DNA of 64,000 nt from Vicinamibacterales bacterium (GCA_965202695.1 OZ241843.1:4352701-4416700); one strand, 5' to 3'. Counted from the stretch's first letter, positions 11,097 to 20,332 are shown. Notes: generated from the sequence alone by a model not told the origin. Made by a program: numbers and translations.

Positions 11097-11338
11097 GGTG
11101 TCTCTGCCGGTCCGGTCACGCTGACCTGCGTCCCGGCCCGCACGGCGGTCTCGGTGACGGACGCGCCGGCCGTCACGCTGCCCCGGACGTTCCGCGGTTG
11201 CCGCCGCCGTGCGATCCGGTCGGCCGCCCGTCGTCGGAACGCCGCACGCCCGCGCTGTCCGCCGGAGCCGCTTTTCTCGTCATGCCGTGATTCTATCCGC
11301 GAAAGTGGGAGAAGCGCGGCAGGGCCGGCGGCGCGCCG

Positions 11339-12538
11339 ATGACGCGATATAATGCCCTGCCTGCGATGCCGCCGTTGCACGGGCTGCGTGTCGTCGACCT
11401 GACCCGGGTGCTGGCCGGGCCCTATTGCGCCATGATGCTGGGCGACATGGGGGCCGACGTCGTCAAGGTCGAGGAGCCCGCGCACGGGGACGACACCCGG
11501 GCGTGGGCGCCGTTCGCCGGCGGGGTGAGCACGTTCTTCCTGGGGCTGAACCGCAGCAAGCGCAGCGTCGCCCTCGATCTCAAGACCCCGGCCGGGGCCG
11601 ACGCATTGCGGGCCCTGCTCGCCGACGCCGACGTCCTGATCGAGAACTTCCGGCCGGGCAGCCTGAAGAAGCTGGGGTTCGACTACGCGTCGGTCCGCGG
11701 CGCCTTCCCCCAGCTCGTCTACTGCTCCATCACCGGCTACGGCCAGCAGGGCCCCCGGCGCGCCCTCCCCGGCTACGACGCGGTCATCCAGGGCGAGTCG
11801 GGGGTCATGCACGTCACCGGCGCCCGCGACGGCCCCCCGACCCGCATCGGCGTCGCGATGACCGACTTCCTCGCCGGGCTCTACGCGATGAACGGCATCC
11901 TGCTCGCGTTGCGCGACCGCGACGAGACGGGGCTGGGGCAGCACGTCGACATCGCCCTCCTCGACTCGATGACCTCGACGCTGGCCCTTCCCGCCAACGT
12001 CCTCTTCGCCACCGGCGAGGAACTGGGCCGCGAAGGCAACGACCACCACGCCCTGACGCCGTACGAGGCGCTGGAGGTCAGCGACGGGCTGGTCATGATC
12101 GCGGTCGGCAACCAGCGGCTCTGGCGCCAGTTCTGCCGGGCCGTCGACGCGCCGGCGCTCGAGACGGACCCGCGCTTCGCGACCAACACCGAACGCATGC
12201 GGCATCGCGGCGCGCTCAAGGCCCGCCTCGGCGCCCTGCTCGGGGCCTGGACCCGCGACGCCCTGATCGAGCGCCTGCGGGCGCACGCGGTCCCCTGCGG
12301 ACACGTGCGCTCGCTCGCCGAGGCCCTGGCCGACCCGCAGCTCGCGGCGCGCGGCATGGTGGTCGAACTGGAGCATCCGCGACTCGGCCCGATCCGCGCG
12401 CTGGGGAATCCCGTCAAGCTGTCGCGCACGCCGGCCGTCGTCGACCGGCCGCCGCCCGCGCTCGGCGAGCACACCGAGGAAATCCTGGCGGCGCTGCGGA
12501 CGGAAACGGCCGCGGCCGCCGCCGACGCCGGGGAGTGA
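11339..12538 (+). CDS. Family III CoA-transferase (CaiB/BaiF/Frc family).
   Basis: Has LHGLRVVDLTRVLAGPYCAMMLGDMGADVVKVE and ENFRPG, characteristic of family III CoA-transferases. Confidence 0.9.
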   Translation: MTRYNALPAMPPLHGLRVVDLTRVLAGPYCAMMLGDMGADVVKVEEPAHGDDTRAWAPFAGGVSTFFLGLNRSKRSVALDLKTPAGADALRALLADADVLIENFRPGSLKKLGFDYASVRGAFPQLVYCSITGYGQQGPRRALPGYDAVIQGESGVMHVTGARDGPPTRIGVAMTDFLAGLYAMNGILLALRDRDETGLGQHVDIALLDSMTSTLALPANVLFATGEELGREGNDHHALTPYEALEVSDGLVMIAVGNQRLWRQFCRAVDAPALETDPRFATNTERMRHRGALKARLGALLGAWTRDALIERLRAHAVPCGHVRSLAEALADPQLAARGMVVELEHPRLGPIRALGNPVKLSRTPAVVDRPPPALGEHTEEILAALRTETAAAAADAGE

Positions 12539-12541
12539 CGG

Positions 12542-13381
12542 ATGAACCCTCGCAGCACGACGACTCGCGGCGCGCCCGGACGGGGACGGCGGCGGCGCGG
12601 GAGCGGCGCCGGGAACTTCGCGGCCCGGCTCGTCTGCCTCGGGGCGCTGTTCGCGGCCGGGCCCGCCGCCCACGCGCAGGACGGCGTCCGTTTCGGCGGC
12701 CGGCTCTCCATCCTGCCCGTCGATTTCGCGACCCGGCCGACCCTTTCGGGCTCGGGCGACGTCGAGGCGGTGCTCGACGGCCGCGTCCTGAAGGTCGCCG
12801 GGACCTTCGAGGGCCTGAGCTCGCCCGCCGCCGCCGCCCACCTTCACCGGGCTCCCCGCGCCCGACGCGGCCCCGCGGTGTTCGTGCTCGGGGTCACCGA
12901 GGCCGCCTCGGGCCGGATCGCGGGCGAGGTGGAGCTCGACGCCGCGCAGACACGGACGCTGCGCCGGGGCGGGTACTACGTCCAGGTCGGGACCCGCGAC
13001 AACCCCGACGGCGAGATCCGGGGGTGGCTGCTGCCCCGCGCCGAGGCGCCGGCCGCGGCCCCGGCGCCGGCCAGCTTCCTGGCCGGCCAGGCCCGGAACG
13101 GCGCCGCCGCCTACCGCAACGTCTGCGCCACCTGCCACCAGGGCGACCTGAGCGGGGGACTCGACGCCCCCGCGCTCGCGGGACCGGCGTTCCGCGGCGC
13201 GTGGGGCGGCCGTCCGGTACGCGAACTCCTCGCCTACGTCCGGGCCGCGATGCCGCCGGCGGGCCGCCGGCCCGACGACGACACCCTCGCCGCCATCGTC
13301 GCCTACGTCCTGCAACGGAACGGCGCGCGCGCGGGGACGGCGGCGCTGTCGGCGGCGTCCGAGGGCGCGATCGCCCGGTGA
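12542..13381 (+). CDS. Secreted CHRD-domain protein fused to a C-terminal mono-haem cytochrome c domain.
   Basis: Signal-like N-terminus. CHRD-like segments (AHLHRAP...GGYYVQVGTRDNPDGEIRGWL) are followed by the haem-binding motif CATCH (CxxCH). Confidence 0.7.
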   Translation: MNPRSTTTRGAPGRGRRRRGSGAGNFAARLVCLGALFAAGPAAHAQDGVRFGGRLSILPVDFATRPTLSGSGDVEAVLDGRVLKVAGTFEGLSSPAAAAHLHRAPRARRGPAVFVLGVTEAASGRIAGEVELDAAQTRTLRRGGYYVQVGTRDNPDGEIRGWLLPRAEAPAAAPAPASFLAGQARNGAAAYRNVCATCHQGDLSGGLDAPALAGPAFRGAWGGRPVRELLAYVRAAMPPAGRRPDDDTLAAIVAYVLQRNGARAGTAALSAASEGAIAR

Positions 13382-13502
13382 CCGCCCGCGGAGGGGGACC
13401 CCGCGACGAACGCCGCGGGAGCCTGTCGCCACGGGCTGCTGCTATGATGGCTGGAAGGCGCAAGCCTGCGGCCGCCGTCTTTCACGGATCGGGGTCTCGT
13501 CC

Positions 13503-14303
13503 ATGGCGGTACGTCCGAACCGGCCCACCGGACCGTTCGTAGGCGTCGTCGCGCTGGCGATAGTCGCCGGCGTCGCCTCGTACGACTTCTTCGTCGCCGA
13601 CCCGCCCGCCGAGGAGCCGGCCGCCGGCGGCGAGGTTCCGACCCCGGCCCCGCCGGTGCGGGACGACGGCGACGGCGCACCCGCGCCGGCGCCCCTCGAC
13701 GGGAGCGACGGCATGGTGCGGGACCTCGTCGCGACGCTGTCGCCGCATCCCGGCCTCGCGGCGTGGCTGATTCCCGACGATCTGGTTCGCATCTTCGTGG
13801 TCGTGGTCGACAACGTGGCCGACGGCCACACGCCGGCCGAACACCTGCCGCCGTGGCGGCCGACCCGGCGCTTCCAGGCCGCCGGCGCCTCTTCCGCCCT
13901 CCGCGTCGCCCCGCTCAGCCACGCGCGCTACGACACCCACGCGGAGATCGTGGCGGCCATCGACCCGGCGGTGGCGGCCGAGCTCTGGCACACCTTGCAG
14001 CCGCTGTTCGCAACCGCCTACGCCGAGCTGGGGCGCGCCGGCGGCGAGTTCGACGCCACGGTGCTGCGCGCCCTGCGGAACCTCCTCGAGACGCCGGTCG
14101 TGGAGCGCGACGTCCGGCTCGTTCACCGGGCGCCGTTCTTCGAGTTCGCGGACCCCGCGCTCGAAGACCTCCTGCCGGTCCAGAAGCAGTTCCTGGGCAT
14201 GGGCCCCCGCAACGTGCGGGCGGTGCAGGCCAGCCTGCTGGAGATCGCCGAGGCGATCGGGTTCGACACCACCGGCCTGCCCGCGCCCCGGGTGCTGCGC
14301 TGA
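13503..14303 (+). CDS. DUF3014-like membrane-anchored protein.
   Basis: N-terminal TM segment, then VVVVDNVADG...ARYD...LYxxLxPLFxxAYxELG...FADPALEDL...QKQFLGMGPRNV, as I recall it from DUF3014. The family name is from memory. Confidence 0.6.
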   Translation: MAVRPNRPTGPFVGVVALAIVAGVASYDFFVADPPAEEPAAGGEVPTPAPPVRDDGDGAPAPAPLDGSDGMVRDLVATLSPHPGLAAWLIPDDLVRIFVVVVDNVADGHTPAEHLPPWRPTRRFQAAGASSALRVAPLSHARYDTHAEIVAAIDPAVAAELWHTLQPLFATAYAELGRAGGEFDATVLRALRNLLETPVVERDVRLVHRAPFFEFADPALEDLLPVQKQFLGMGPRNVRAVQASLLEIAEAIGFDTTGLPAPRVLR

Positions 14304-14344
14304 CCGCGCCAGCCGGAGCCGCCAGGCCCGCAACGCCACTCCCC

Positions 14345-14773
14345 ATGCGGCTCCTCGTCAAGCGTCTCGACAAGGCGGGCGCCCGTCTTCCCGCGCGCGC
14401 GCACCCCGGCGACGCCGGCCTCGATCTGTTCGCGGCGGCCGACGTCGACGTCCCGGCCGGCGAGACCCGGCGCGTCGGCACCGGCCTCGCCGTTGCGCTG
14501 CCCCCCGGCACCGAGGGCCAGATACGGCCGCGCAGCGGCATCGCCCTGCGCCACGGCGTCACCGTGCTGAACGCACCCGGCGCCGTCGACGCCGGCTATC
14601 GCGGAGAGGTCGGCATCCTCCTCGTCAACCACGGCCGGCGGACCTTCCGCGTACGGCGCGGCATGAAGGTGGCGCAGCTCGTGGTGACCCCGGTGGTCGA
14701 GGTCGAGGTGGTCGAGGCGGAGGCCCTCTCCGAGACCGCCCGGTCGGACGGCGGCTTCGGCTCGACGGGGTGA
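14345..14773 (+). CDS. dut: dUTP diphosphatase (dUTPase).
   Basis: Has AGLDL, RPRSG, GVTVLNAPGAVDAGYRGEVGILLVN and C-terminal GGFGSTG. Real start MRLLVKRL at 14345, inside listed ORF 13763..14773. Confidence 0.9.
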   Translation: MRLLVKRLDKAGARLPARAHPGDAGLDLFAAADVDVPAGETRRVGTGLAVALPPGTEGQIRPRSGIALRHGVTVLNAPGAVDAGYRGEVGILLVNHGRRTFRVRRGMKVAQLVVTPVVEVEVVEAEALSETARSDGGFGSTG

Positions 14774-14790
14774 TATCGTGAAGCGGCGCC

Positions 14791-16680
14791 ATGCCGACCG
14801 AGCCGAACCGGACCGCGGCCGGCGCCACCCTGCGGGTGGCCCTGTGCCAGTGCAACCTGCCCGTCGGCGACCTCGACGGCAACCTCGACCGCATCGGCGG
14901 CCTGATCGCCCGCGCCTCGGCCCGCGGCGCGGACCTGACCGTCTTCCCGGAACTGTCGGTCACCGGATACCCGCCCGAAGACCTGCTCCTGAACCCGCGG
15001 TTCACCGAAACCGCGGCGGACGGGGTCGGCCGTCTCGCGGCGTCGGTCACCGGCACGGTCGCGGTGGTCGGGCTGCCGGCCCTGGACGGCGACCTGCACA
15101 ACGCCGCCGCGGTCCTCGCCGGCGGCAAGGTCGCCGGCGTCTACCGGAAGCACTTCCTGCCGAACTACGCGGTCTTCGACGAGCAGCGGTACTTCGCCCG
15201 GGGCGACGCGGCGCTGACCCTCGACTTCGGGGGCGTCCGCGCCGGCGTCACCATCTGCGAGGACCTCTGGTACCCGGGGGGACCGGGCCGGTGGGCGGCG
15301 GTCGACGGCGGCGCGGTGGTTCTGGTCAACCTCTCCGGCTCGCCGTATCACCGGGGGAAGGGCGTCGAGCGGGAACGGATGCTGGCGCAGCGGGCGGCCG
15401 ACTACGGCTGCTTCGTGGCCTTCTGCAACGCCGTCGGGGGCCAGGACGAGCTGGTCTTCGACGGCCACAGCCTCGTCATCGACCCCGGCGGGCGGGTCCT
15501 CGCCCGCGGCGCGCAGTTCGAAGAAGACTTCCTGGTGGTCGACCTCGACACCGTCTCCGCCACCCGGCGGCGCCTCCACGACCCGCGGTGGCGGCAGGCC
15601 GGCGCCGACCGCGACCGCGTGCGTTCGGTCGCCGTCGGGACGGCGCCGCGGCCGCGGCGGCCGGAGCCGCCTCCCCGGGTCGCGGCGCTGCTGGAGCCCG
15701 AGGCCGAGGTCTACCGCGCGCTGACCCTGGGCACCGCCGACTATTTCCGCAAGAACCGGTTCCGGCACGGCGTGCTGGGCCTGTCCGGGGGCATCGACTC
15801 GGCCCTCGCCCTCACCGTGGCCGCCGACGCCCTCGGCCCCGACGCGGTGACCGCGGTCTCGATGCCCTCCCGGTTCACCGCCGCCGCGAACCGGGAGGAC
15901 GCCCGGGAGCTGGCGGCCCGCCTGGGGGTCGAGCTGCTCGAGATGCCGATCGCCGACCTCGCGGGCGCCTACGACCGGGCCCTCGCCGCCGCGTTCGCGG
16001 ACACCGCCCCGGACGTGGCGGAAGAGAACCTGCAGGCGCGCATCCGCGGCAACCTGCTGATGGCCCTCTCCAACAAGTTCGGATGGCTCGTGCTGACGAC
16101 CGGGAACAAGAGCGAGATGAGCGTGGGCTACGCCACCCTCTACGGCGACATGGCGGGCGGCTTCGCGGTGCTGAAGGACGTGCTGAAGGGCTGGGTGTAC
16201 CGCCTCGCGCGGTGGCGCAACCGCGGCGGCGAAGTGATTCCGGCCCGCGTCCTCGAGAAGCCGCCGACGGCCGAGCTGCGGGAGAACCAGCTCGACACCG
16301 ACAGCCTGCCCCCCTACGACACCCTCGACGCGGTGCTCGAAGCGTACGTGGAAGAGGACCGCGGCCCCGACGACGTCGCCGAGGCCGGACACGACCCGGC
16401 CCTCGTCGACCGCATCGTGACGCTGGTCGATCTCGCCGAGTACAAGCGCCGGCAGGCGCCTCCGGGGGTGCGCGTCTCCGCCCGCGCGTTCGGGCGCGAC
16501 CGCCGGCTGCCCATCACCAACCGCTATCGGCCCGCGGTGGAACCCCCGCGTCGCACCGCGCCCGGAGGGCGCCAGCGAACGCCGAGGGCGCCGGCGGACA
16601 GAGAACGTCCGGCGGACAGAGAACGTCCGGCGGACAAAGAACGTCCGGCGGACGGAGAACGTCCGGCGGACAAGGCGTGA
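14791..16680 (+). CDS. nadE: Glutamine-dependent NAD+ synthetase with a repeat-derived C-terminal extension.
   Basis: N-terminal nitrilase/CN-hydrolase domain (LTVFPELSVTGYPPEDL, ICEDLW) plus a synthetase domain (LGLSGGIDSA, TGNKSEMSVGYATLYGD). The last roughly 50 aa (…PADRERPADRERPADKERPADGERPADKA) are encoded by an interspersed repeat copy carrying an 18-bp tandem array. Confidence 0.9.
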   Translation: MPTEPNRTAAGATLRVALCQCNLPVGDLDGNLDRIGGLIARASARGADLTVFPELSVTGYPPEDLLLNPRFTETAADGVGRLAASVTGTVAVVGLPALDGDLHNAAAVLAGGKVAGVYRKHFLPNYAVFDEQRYFARGDAALTLDFGGVRAGVTICEDLWYPGGPGRWAAVDGGAVVLVNLSGSPYHRGKGVERERMLAQRAADYGCFVAFCNAVGGQDELVFDGHSLVIDPGGRVLARGAQFEEDFLVVDLDTVSATRRRLHDPRWRQAGADRDRVRSVAVGTAPRPRRPEPPPRVAALLEPEAEVYRALTLGTADYFRKNRFRHGVLGLSGGIDSALALTVAADALGPDAVTAVSMPSRFTAAANREDARELAARLGVELLEMPIADLAGAYDRALAAAFADTAPDVAEENLQARIRGNLLMALSNKFGWLVLTTGNKSEMSVGYATLYGDMAGGFAVLKDVLKGWVYRLARWRNRGGEVIPARVLEKPPTAELRENQLDTDSLPPYDTLDAVLEAYVEEDRGPDDVAEAGHDPALVDRIVTLVDLAEYKRRQAPPGVRVSARAFGRDRRLPITNRYRPAVEPPRRTAPGGRQRTPRAPADRERPADRERPADKERPADGERPADKA

Positions 16681-16692
16681 GAAAGGACGGGA
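16530..16692 (+). repeat. Interspersed repeat family, copy A. Left half plus an internal 18-bp tandem expansion; overlaps the nadE 3' end.
   Basis: GCCCGCGGTGGAACCCCCGCGTCGCACC ... CGAACGCCGAGGGCGCCGGCGGACAGAGAACG ... GACAAGGCGTGAGAAAGG aligns by eye with copies at 29533, 32141, 43376 and (inverted) 38061. Boundaries are approximate. Confidence 0.75.
16591..16680 (+). repeat. 18-bp tandem repeat, about 4.5 units (CCGGCGGACAGAGAACGT).
   Basis: Units at 16591, 16609, 16627 and 16645, plus a partial unit at 16663. Units 1 and 2 are identical; units 3 and 4 differ at 1-2 positions. In frame with nadE, the array encodes PADRER-type hexapeptides and supplies the stop codon. Confidence 0.9.
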
Positions 16693-16720
16693 CCCGGCGG
16701 CGGGTACCGTCCGCTCGCCG

Positions 16721-17056
16721 TCATCCGGCGGCGTCCGGCTCCCCCAGCGTCAGCATCCGGCCCTTCAGCATCCGGCGCACGAACCGGGCCAGGCGCTCTT
16801 CGGCCGGCTCGACCCGCGCCCCGAACGCCGACCGCATCGACCGCGCGATCTCCGCCAGCGAGGTCCGCCCGTCGCACGCCTTCCACACGAGGGTGCCGAC
16901 CTCGTCCAGCCGGATCCGGTAGTGCGGATCGCCCGCGAGACCGGCCAGCCACCGCCCCGGCCGGCTCGCGCCCAGGCGCGGACGCAGGAGGACGCAGCGT
17001 CCGTCCTCCTCGCGCCACTCGAGCCGCCGCCGCGGCCGGGCGTCGAAGGAGATCAC
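16721..17056 (-). CDS. PqqD-family (RiPP-recognition-element-like) small protein.
   Basis: The C-terminal part of listed ORF 16721..19078 reads MISFDARPRRRLEWREEDGRCVLL...IRLDEVGTLVWKACDGRTSLAEIARSMRSAFG...ERLARFVRRMLKGRML, the typical PqqD pattern. The GTG start at 17056-17054 overlaps the upstream OPT stop codon (GTGA). Confidence 0.7.
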   Translation of the reverse strand: MISFDARPRRRLEWREEDGRCVLLRPRLGASRPGRWLAGLAGDPHYRIRLDEVGTLVWKACDGRTSLAEIARSMRSAFGARVEPAEERLARFVRRMLKGRMLTLGEPDAAG

Positions 17057-19053
17057 GACGACGCCCCCGGCCCCGCGCGGTCCCCGCCCGCGGCCAGGGG
17101 CGCCCTGACCAGCAGGTGATGGAGCAGGACGAACACCAGCGCGCCGAGCCAGGCGCTGTCGGAGAAGAACGGCAGGACCCGATCGACCCCCGCCGCCGTC
17201 CCCCCCGCGACCACCAGCGCCAGCAGCACGGCCATCAGCGCCTCGCCCGCGATGAACCCCGACGACAGCAGCACGCCGGTGTTGTTCGCCCTCGTCACCG
17301 CCGCCGCGCCGGCGTCCCGGGCCGCGAGCGAGCGCGACAGCCGCCAGGCCAGGAGCCCGCCGACGAAGATCGCGGCCGTCGACGAGAACGGCAGGTACAT
17401 GCCGACCGCGATCAGCATCGGCGAGGGCGCGTTGACGAGGATGAGCCCGAGGGCGAGGAACGTCCCGGCGACGACCAGCGGCCACGCCATCTCCCCGCCG
17501 ACGATCCCCTCCGCCATCAGCGCCATCAGCCCCGCCTGCGGCGCGGGCAGCACGTCGCTGCCGATGACGTAGACCTCGTGCATCAGCATCATCGGCAGGA
17601 TGAGGACGACGGCGGCGACGATCACGCCGACGATCTCGGCGAGCTCCATCTTCCAGGGGGTCCCGCCGAGGATGTGGCCCACCTTCAGGTCCTGCAGCAT
17701 GTCGCCGGCGATGCCCGCCGCGCAGCAGGCCACGCCCGCCACCCCGAGCACGCCGAGGATGCCGGCGGGGCCGGTCACCCCGATCCCGACCATCAGGATC
17801 GCCGCGATCAGCAGCGTGCTGAGGGTGAGGCCGCTGATCGGGTTGTTGGAGCTGCCGAGCAGCCCCACCAGATAGCCCGCGACCGCCGCGAACAGGAATC
17901 CCAGAACGATCATGACCACGGTGAGCAGGAGCGCGCCGGGGATGCTGCCGCTGAAGAACCAGTAGAGCGCGAACAGGGGCGCGGCCAGGGCGGCGATCGC
18001 CGCGCCGACCCGGGTGAAGTCCAGGTCGAGGTTCCGGCGGGTGACGTCCCCCGCCCCCGTCCGCGCCCGCCGGACGTCGGCGAGCGCGCGGCCGATCCCC
18101 GCGAACAGCGCCGTCCGCAGATTGAAGAGCGCGTGGAAGGCGGCCACGATCATCGTGCCCACCGCCAGCGGCCGGATCTGCCTCAGCCATATCTCTTCGC
18201 CGAGGGCCGCGAGCGCCGCCGCGTCGGCCGCCCCCTCCTCCGGATACGCGGCCGCCGCCTCCGGATTCAGGAACAGCGCCAGGGGCACCAGCAGGAGCCA
18301 GCCCAGCACCGCCCCCGCGAACAGGGTCGAAGCGATGGACGGGCCGACGATGAACCCGACGCCGACGAGGGCCGGCGAGGCCGCCGGCGATTGCAGGATG
18401 AACCCGCCGGCGTGACGCACCGGCTCGCCGAACATCTCGACCGTCGAGCGCCCGAAGTCGACGAACCTCGTGGCCGAGCTCGACACGATCTGGATGCCGT
18501 TGGCGTTCTTGACGAGTTCCCACGCGCCGGCGACGCCCATCGCCTGGAAGACGTGCCGGGCGCCGGTCTGTCCGCCCTGCCCCGCCTTGACCAGCTCCGC
18601 CGCGGCCACGCTCTCGGGGAACGGCAGGTCCGCCTCGACGACCAGGGTGCGGCGCAGGACGATGATGAACAGGACCCCGAGCAGCCCGCCCGTCAGCATG
18701 ATGGCGGTGCTCTCCCAGTAGCGCAGCTCGTCCCAGACCCCGCTGATGACGAAGGCCGGTATCGTGAAGATCGCTCCGGCCACGAGGGCTTCGCCGACCG
18801 AGGCGGTGGTGCGGGAGACGTTTTCCTCGAGCACCGACCCCCCGAGGCCGCGCAGAGCGGCCATCGCCACCACCGCGGCCGGGAACGTCGCCGCCACCGT
18901 CAGGCCGGCCATCATGCCCACGTAGGCGTTGGCGGCCCCGAGCACGATGGCCATGCCCACGCCGACGACCACCGCCCGGACCGTCAGTTCCGGCAGATCG
19001 GTTTCGTCGGGCACGAACGGCGTGAAACGCGGCGGCGGGTCGTCGGTGCTCAT
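17053..19053 (-). CDS. OPT-family oligopeptide transporter.
   Basis: 666-aa polytopic protein. ELTVRAVVVGVGMAIVLGAANAYVGMMAGLTVAATFPAAV, PFPESVAAAE and GDMLQDLKVGHILGGTPWKM are typical of bacterial OPT-superfamily transporters. Start re-picked at MSTDDPPP (ATG 19053). Confidence 0.85.
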   Translation of the reverse strand: MSTDDPPPRFTPFVPDETDLPELTVRAVVVGVGMAIVLGAANAYVGMMAGLTVAATFPAAVVAMAALRGLGGSVLEENVSRTTASVGEALVAGAIFTIPAFVISGVWDELRYWESTAIMLTGGLLGVLFIIVLRRTLVVEADLPFPESVAAAELVKAGQGGQTGARHVFQAMGVAGAWELVKNANGIQIVSSSATRFVDFGRSTVEMFGEPVRHAGGFILQSPAASPALVGVGFIVGPSIASTLFAGAVLGWLLLVPLALFLNPEAAAAYPEEGAADAAALAALGEEIWLRQIRPLAVGTMIVAAFHALFNLRTALFAGIGRALADVRRARTGAGDVTRRNLDLDFTRVGAAIAALAAPLFALYWFFSGSIPGALLLTVVMIVLGFLFAAVAGYLVGLLGSSNNPISGLTLSTLLIAAILMVGIGVTGPAGILGVLGVAGVACCAAGIAGDMLQDLKVGHILGGTPWKMELAEIVGVIVAAVVLILPMMLMHEVYVIGSDVLPAPQAGLMALMAEGIVGGEMAWPLVVAGTFLALGLILVNAPSPMLIAVGMYLPFSSTAAIFVGGLLAWRLSRSLAARDAGAAAVTRANNTGVLLSSGFIAGEALMAVLLALVVAGGTAAGVDRVLPFFSDSAWLGALVFVLLHHLLVRAPLAAGGDRAGPGASS

Positions 19054-19257
19054 GGCTGTCTGTCCTCCCCGGGCGCATCTCCGGCCGCCCGAACCGCGCG
19101 GGCGCTTCACGCCGCCTCCCGGCGGGGCGGCGCCGCCCGCGCTTCGACGCCGCGGGCCGTTATACGGGCAACCGGCGCGGGGCGCAACCGCCCGCCGCCT
19201 TGTCAGGCCGCGAAGCCGGGTGGTACCGTCTCGCAGCGACAAGTCCGAGTGGCCCGC

Positions 19258-20217
19258 ATGACGTCAACGACAGACACGCCGTCCGACCGGGAGCCGGCGC
19301 GCGCGGACGCCGCCCCGCCGGCCGCCGAACTCGTGCGCGACATCTACGCCGACGCGCAACGGGCCGACCGGCCCGTCGTCTCGATCGAGCTCTTCCCGCC
19401 CCGCACCCCCGAAGGGCAGGCCGCGCTGTTCGAGCGGACCCTGCCGGCGATGCAGGCGCTCCGGCCGCACTTCTACTCGGTCACCTACGGCGCCGGCGGC
19501 AGCACGCGCGGCCGGACCCTCGAGGTCGCCGACCGCATCCAGCGCGAGCACGGGGCCACGGCCATGGCCCACCTGACGTGCATCAGCACCCCGCGCCCCG
19601 CCATCGAGCGGTATCTGCGGGAGGCGCGGGCGCGCGGCATCCGGAACGTCCTCGCCCTCCGGGGAGACCCGCCGCAGAACGCCGACGAGCTGGCCGAGAT
19701 GGAGAGCGGCTTCGAGTACTCGTACCAGCTCGTCACGTTCATCCGGCGGCTCGGCGGCTTCTCCATCGCCACCGCCGGCTTCCCCGAGAGCCACGTCGCG
19801 TGCGCCGAGGGCAAGCACGTCGACTGGCGGCGGCTGAAGGCGAAGATCGACGCCGGGGCCGATCTCGTGCTCACGCAGCTCTTCTTCGACAACGACGACT
19901 ACTTCACGTTCCGCGACTACCTGACCGGCGCCCTCGGGGTGCGGGTGCCGCTGACGCCGGGCGTGCTGCCGATCCTGAACCCGCGGCAGATCAGGCGGTT
20001 CGCCGCGATCTGCGGGGCGAAGCTGCCGGCCGCGCTGATCGAGAAGCTGGAAGGGTTCGGCGACGACGACGAGGCGGCCGCCGACTTCGGCATCGAGTTC
20101 GCCACCCGCCAGTGCGAGGCCCTGTTGGCCGGGGGGGCCCCCGGCCTCCACGTGTACTCCCTGAACCGGGCCCGCGCGGTCACGCGCATCGTCGGCGATC
20201 TCGGGCTGCGCGGCTGA
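19258..20217 (+). CDS. metF: 5,10-methylenetetrahydrofolate reductase.
   Basis: Has SIELFPPRT, YSVTYGAGGSTR, MAHLTC, LALRGDPP and TQLFFDND. Real start MTSTTDTP at 19258, inside listed ORF 17116..20217. Confidence 0.9.
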   Translation: MTSTTDTPSDREPARADAAPPAAELVRDIYADAQRADRPVVSIELFPPRTPEGQAALFERTLPAMQALRPHFYSVTYGAGGSTRGRTLEVADRIQREHGATAMAHLTCISTPRPAIERYLREARARGIRNVLALRGDPPQNADELAEMESGFEYSYQLVTFIRRLGGFSIATAGFPESHVACAEGKHVDWRRLKAKIDAGADLVLTQLFFDNDDYFTFRDYLTGALGVRVPLTPGVLPILNPRQIRRFAAICGAKLPAALIEKLEGFGDDDEAAADFGIEFATRQCEALLAGGAPGLHVYSLNRARAVTRIVGDLGLRG

Positions 20218-20250
20218 CCGGGGGCGGCGCGCCCGGCCCCCGAGGGGTCG

Positions 20251-20332
20251 GCAGCCCGCGGCGGAACACCGCCACGCCGAATGCAGCGCCGCTCGCAATG
20301 CCGCGGGGCGTTTCGCCGCGGGCGGTCAGGAC
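20251..20332 (+). repeat. Interspersed repeat family, copy B (short, internally deleted variant).
   Basis: CAGCCCGCGGCGGAACACCGCC...GAATGCAGCGCCGCTCGCAATGCCGCGGGGCGTTTCGCCGCGGGCGGTCAGG matches the two ends of the full-length copies. Boundaries are approximate. Confidence 0.6.

Noticed and set aside
16591-16680. Considered whether the regular 18-bp repeats could be a small CRISPR array.
   Set aside because: The units are directly adjacent with no spacers, are only 18 bp, lie in frame inside nadE, and no cas genes are present. This is a tandem repeat, not CRISPR.
19185-19215. A possible additional degenerate copy of the interspersed repeat (…CGCCGCCTTGTCAGGCCG…) between the OPT gene and metF. 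A similar weak match (GGCGAATGCAACCGAAATGCCGCCCGGCGG) lies near 49528-49557.
   Set aside because: Only about 12-15 nt resemble the element core. That is too short to distinguish from chance in GC-rich sequence without a formal alignment.
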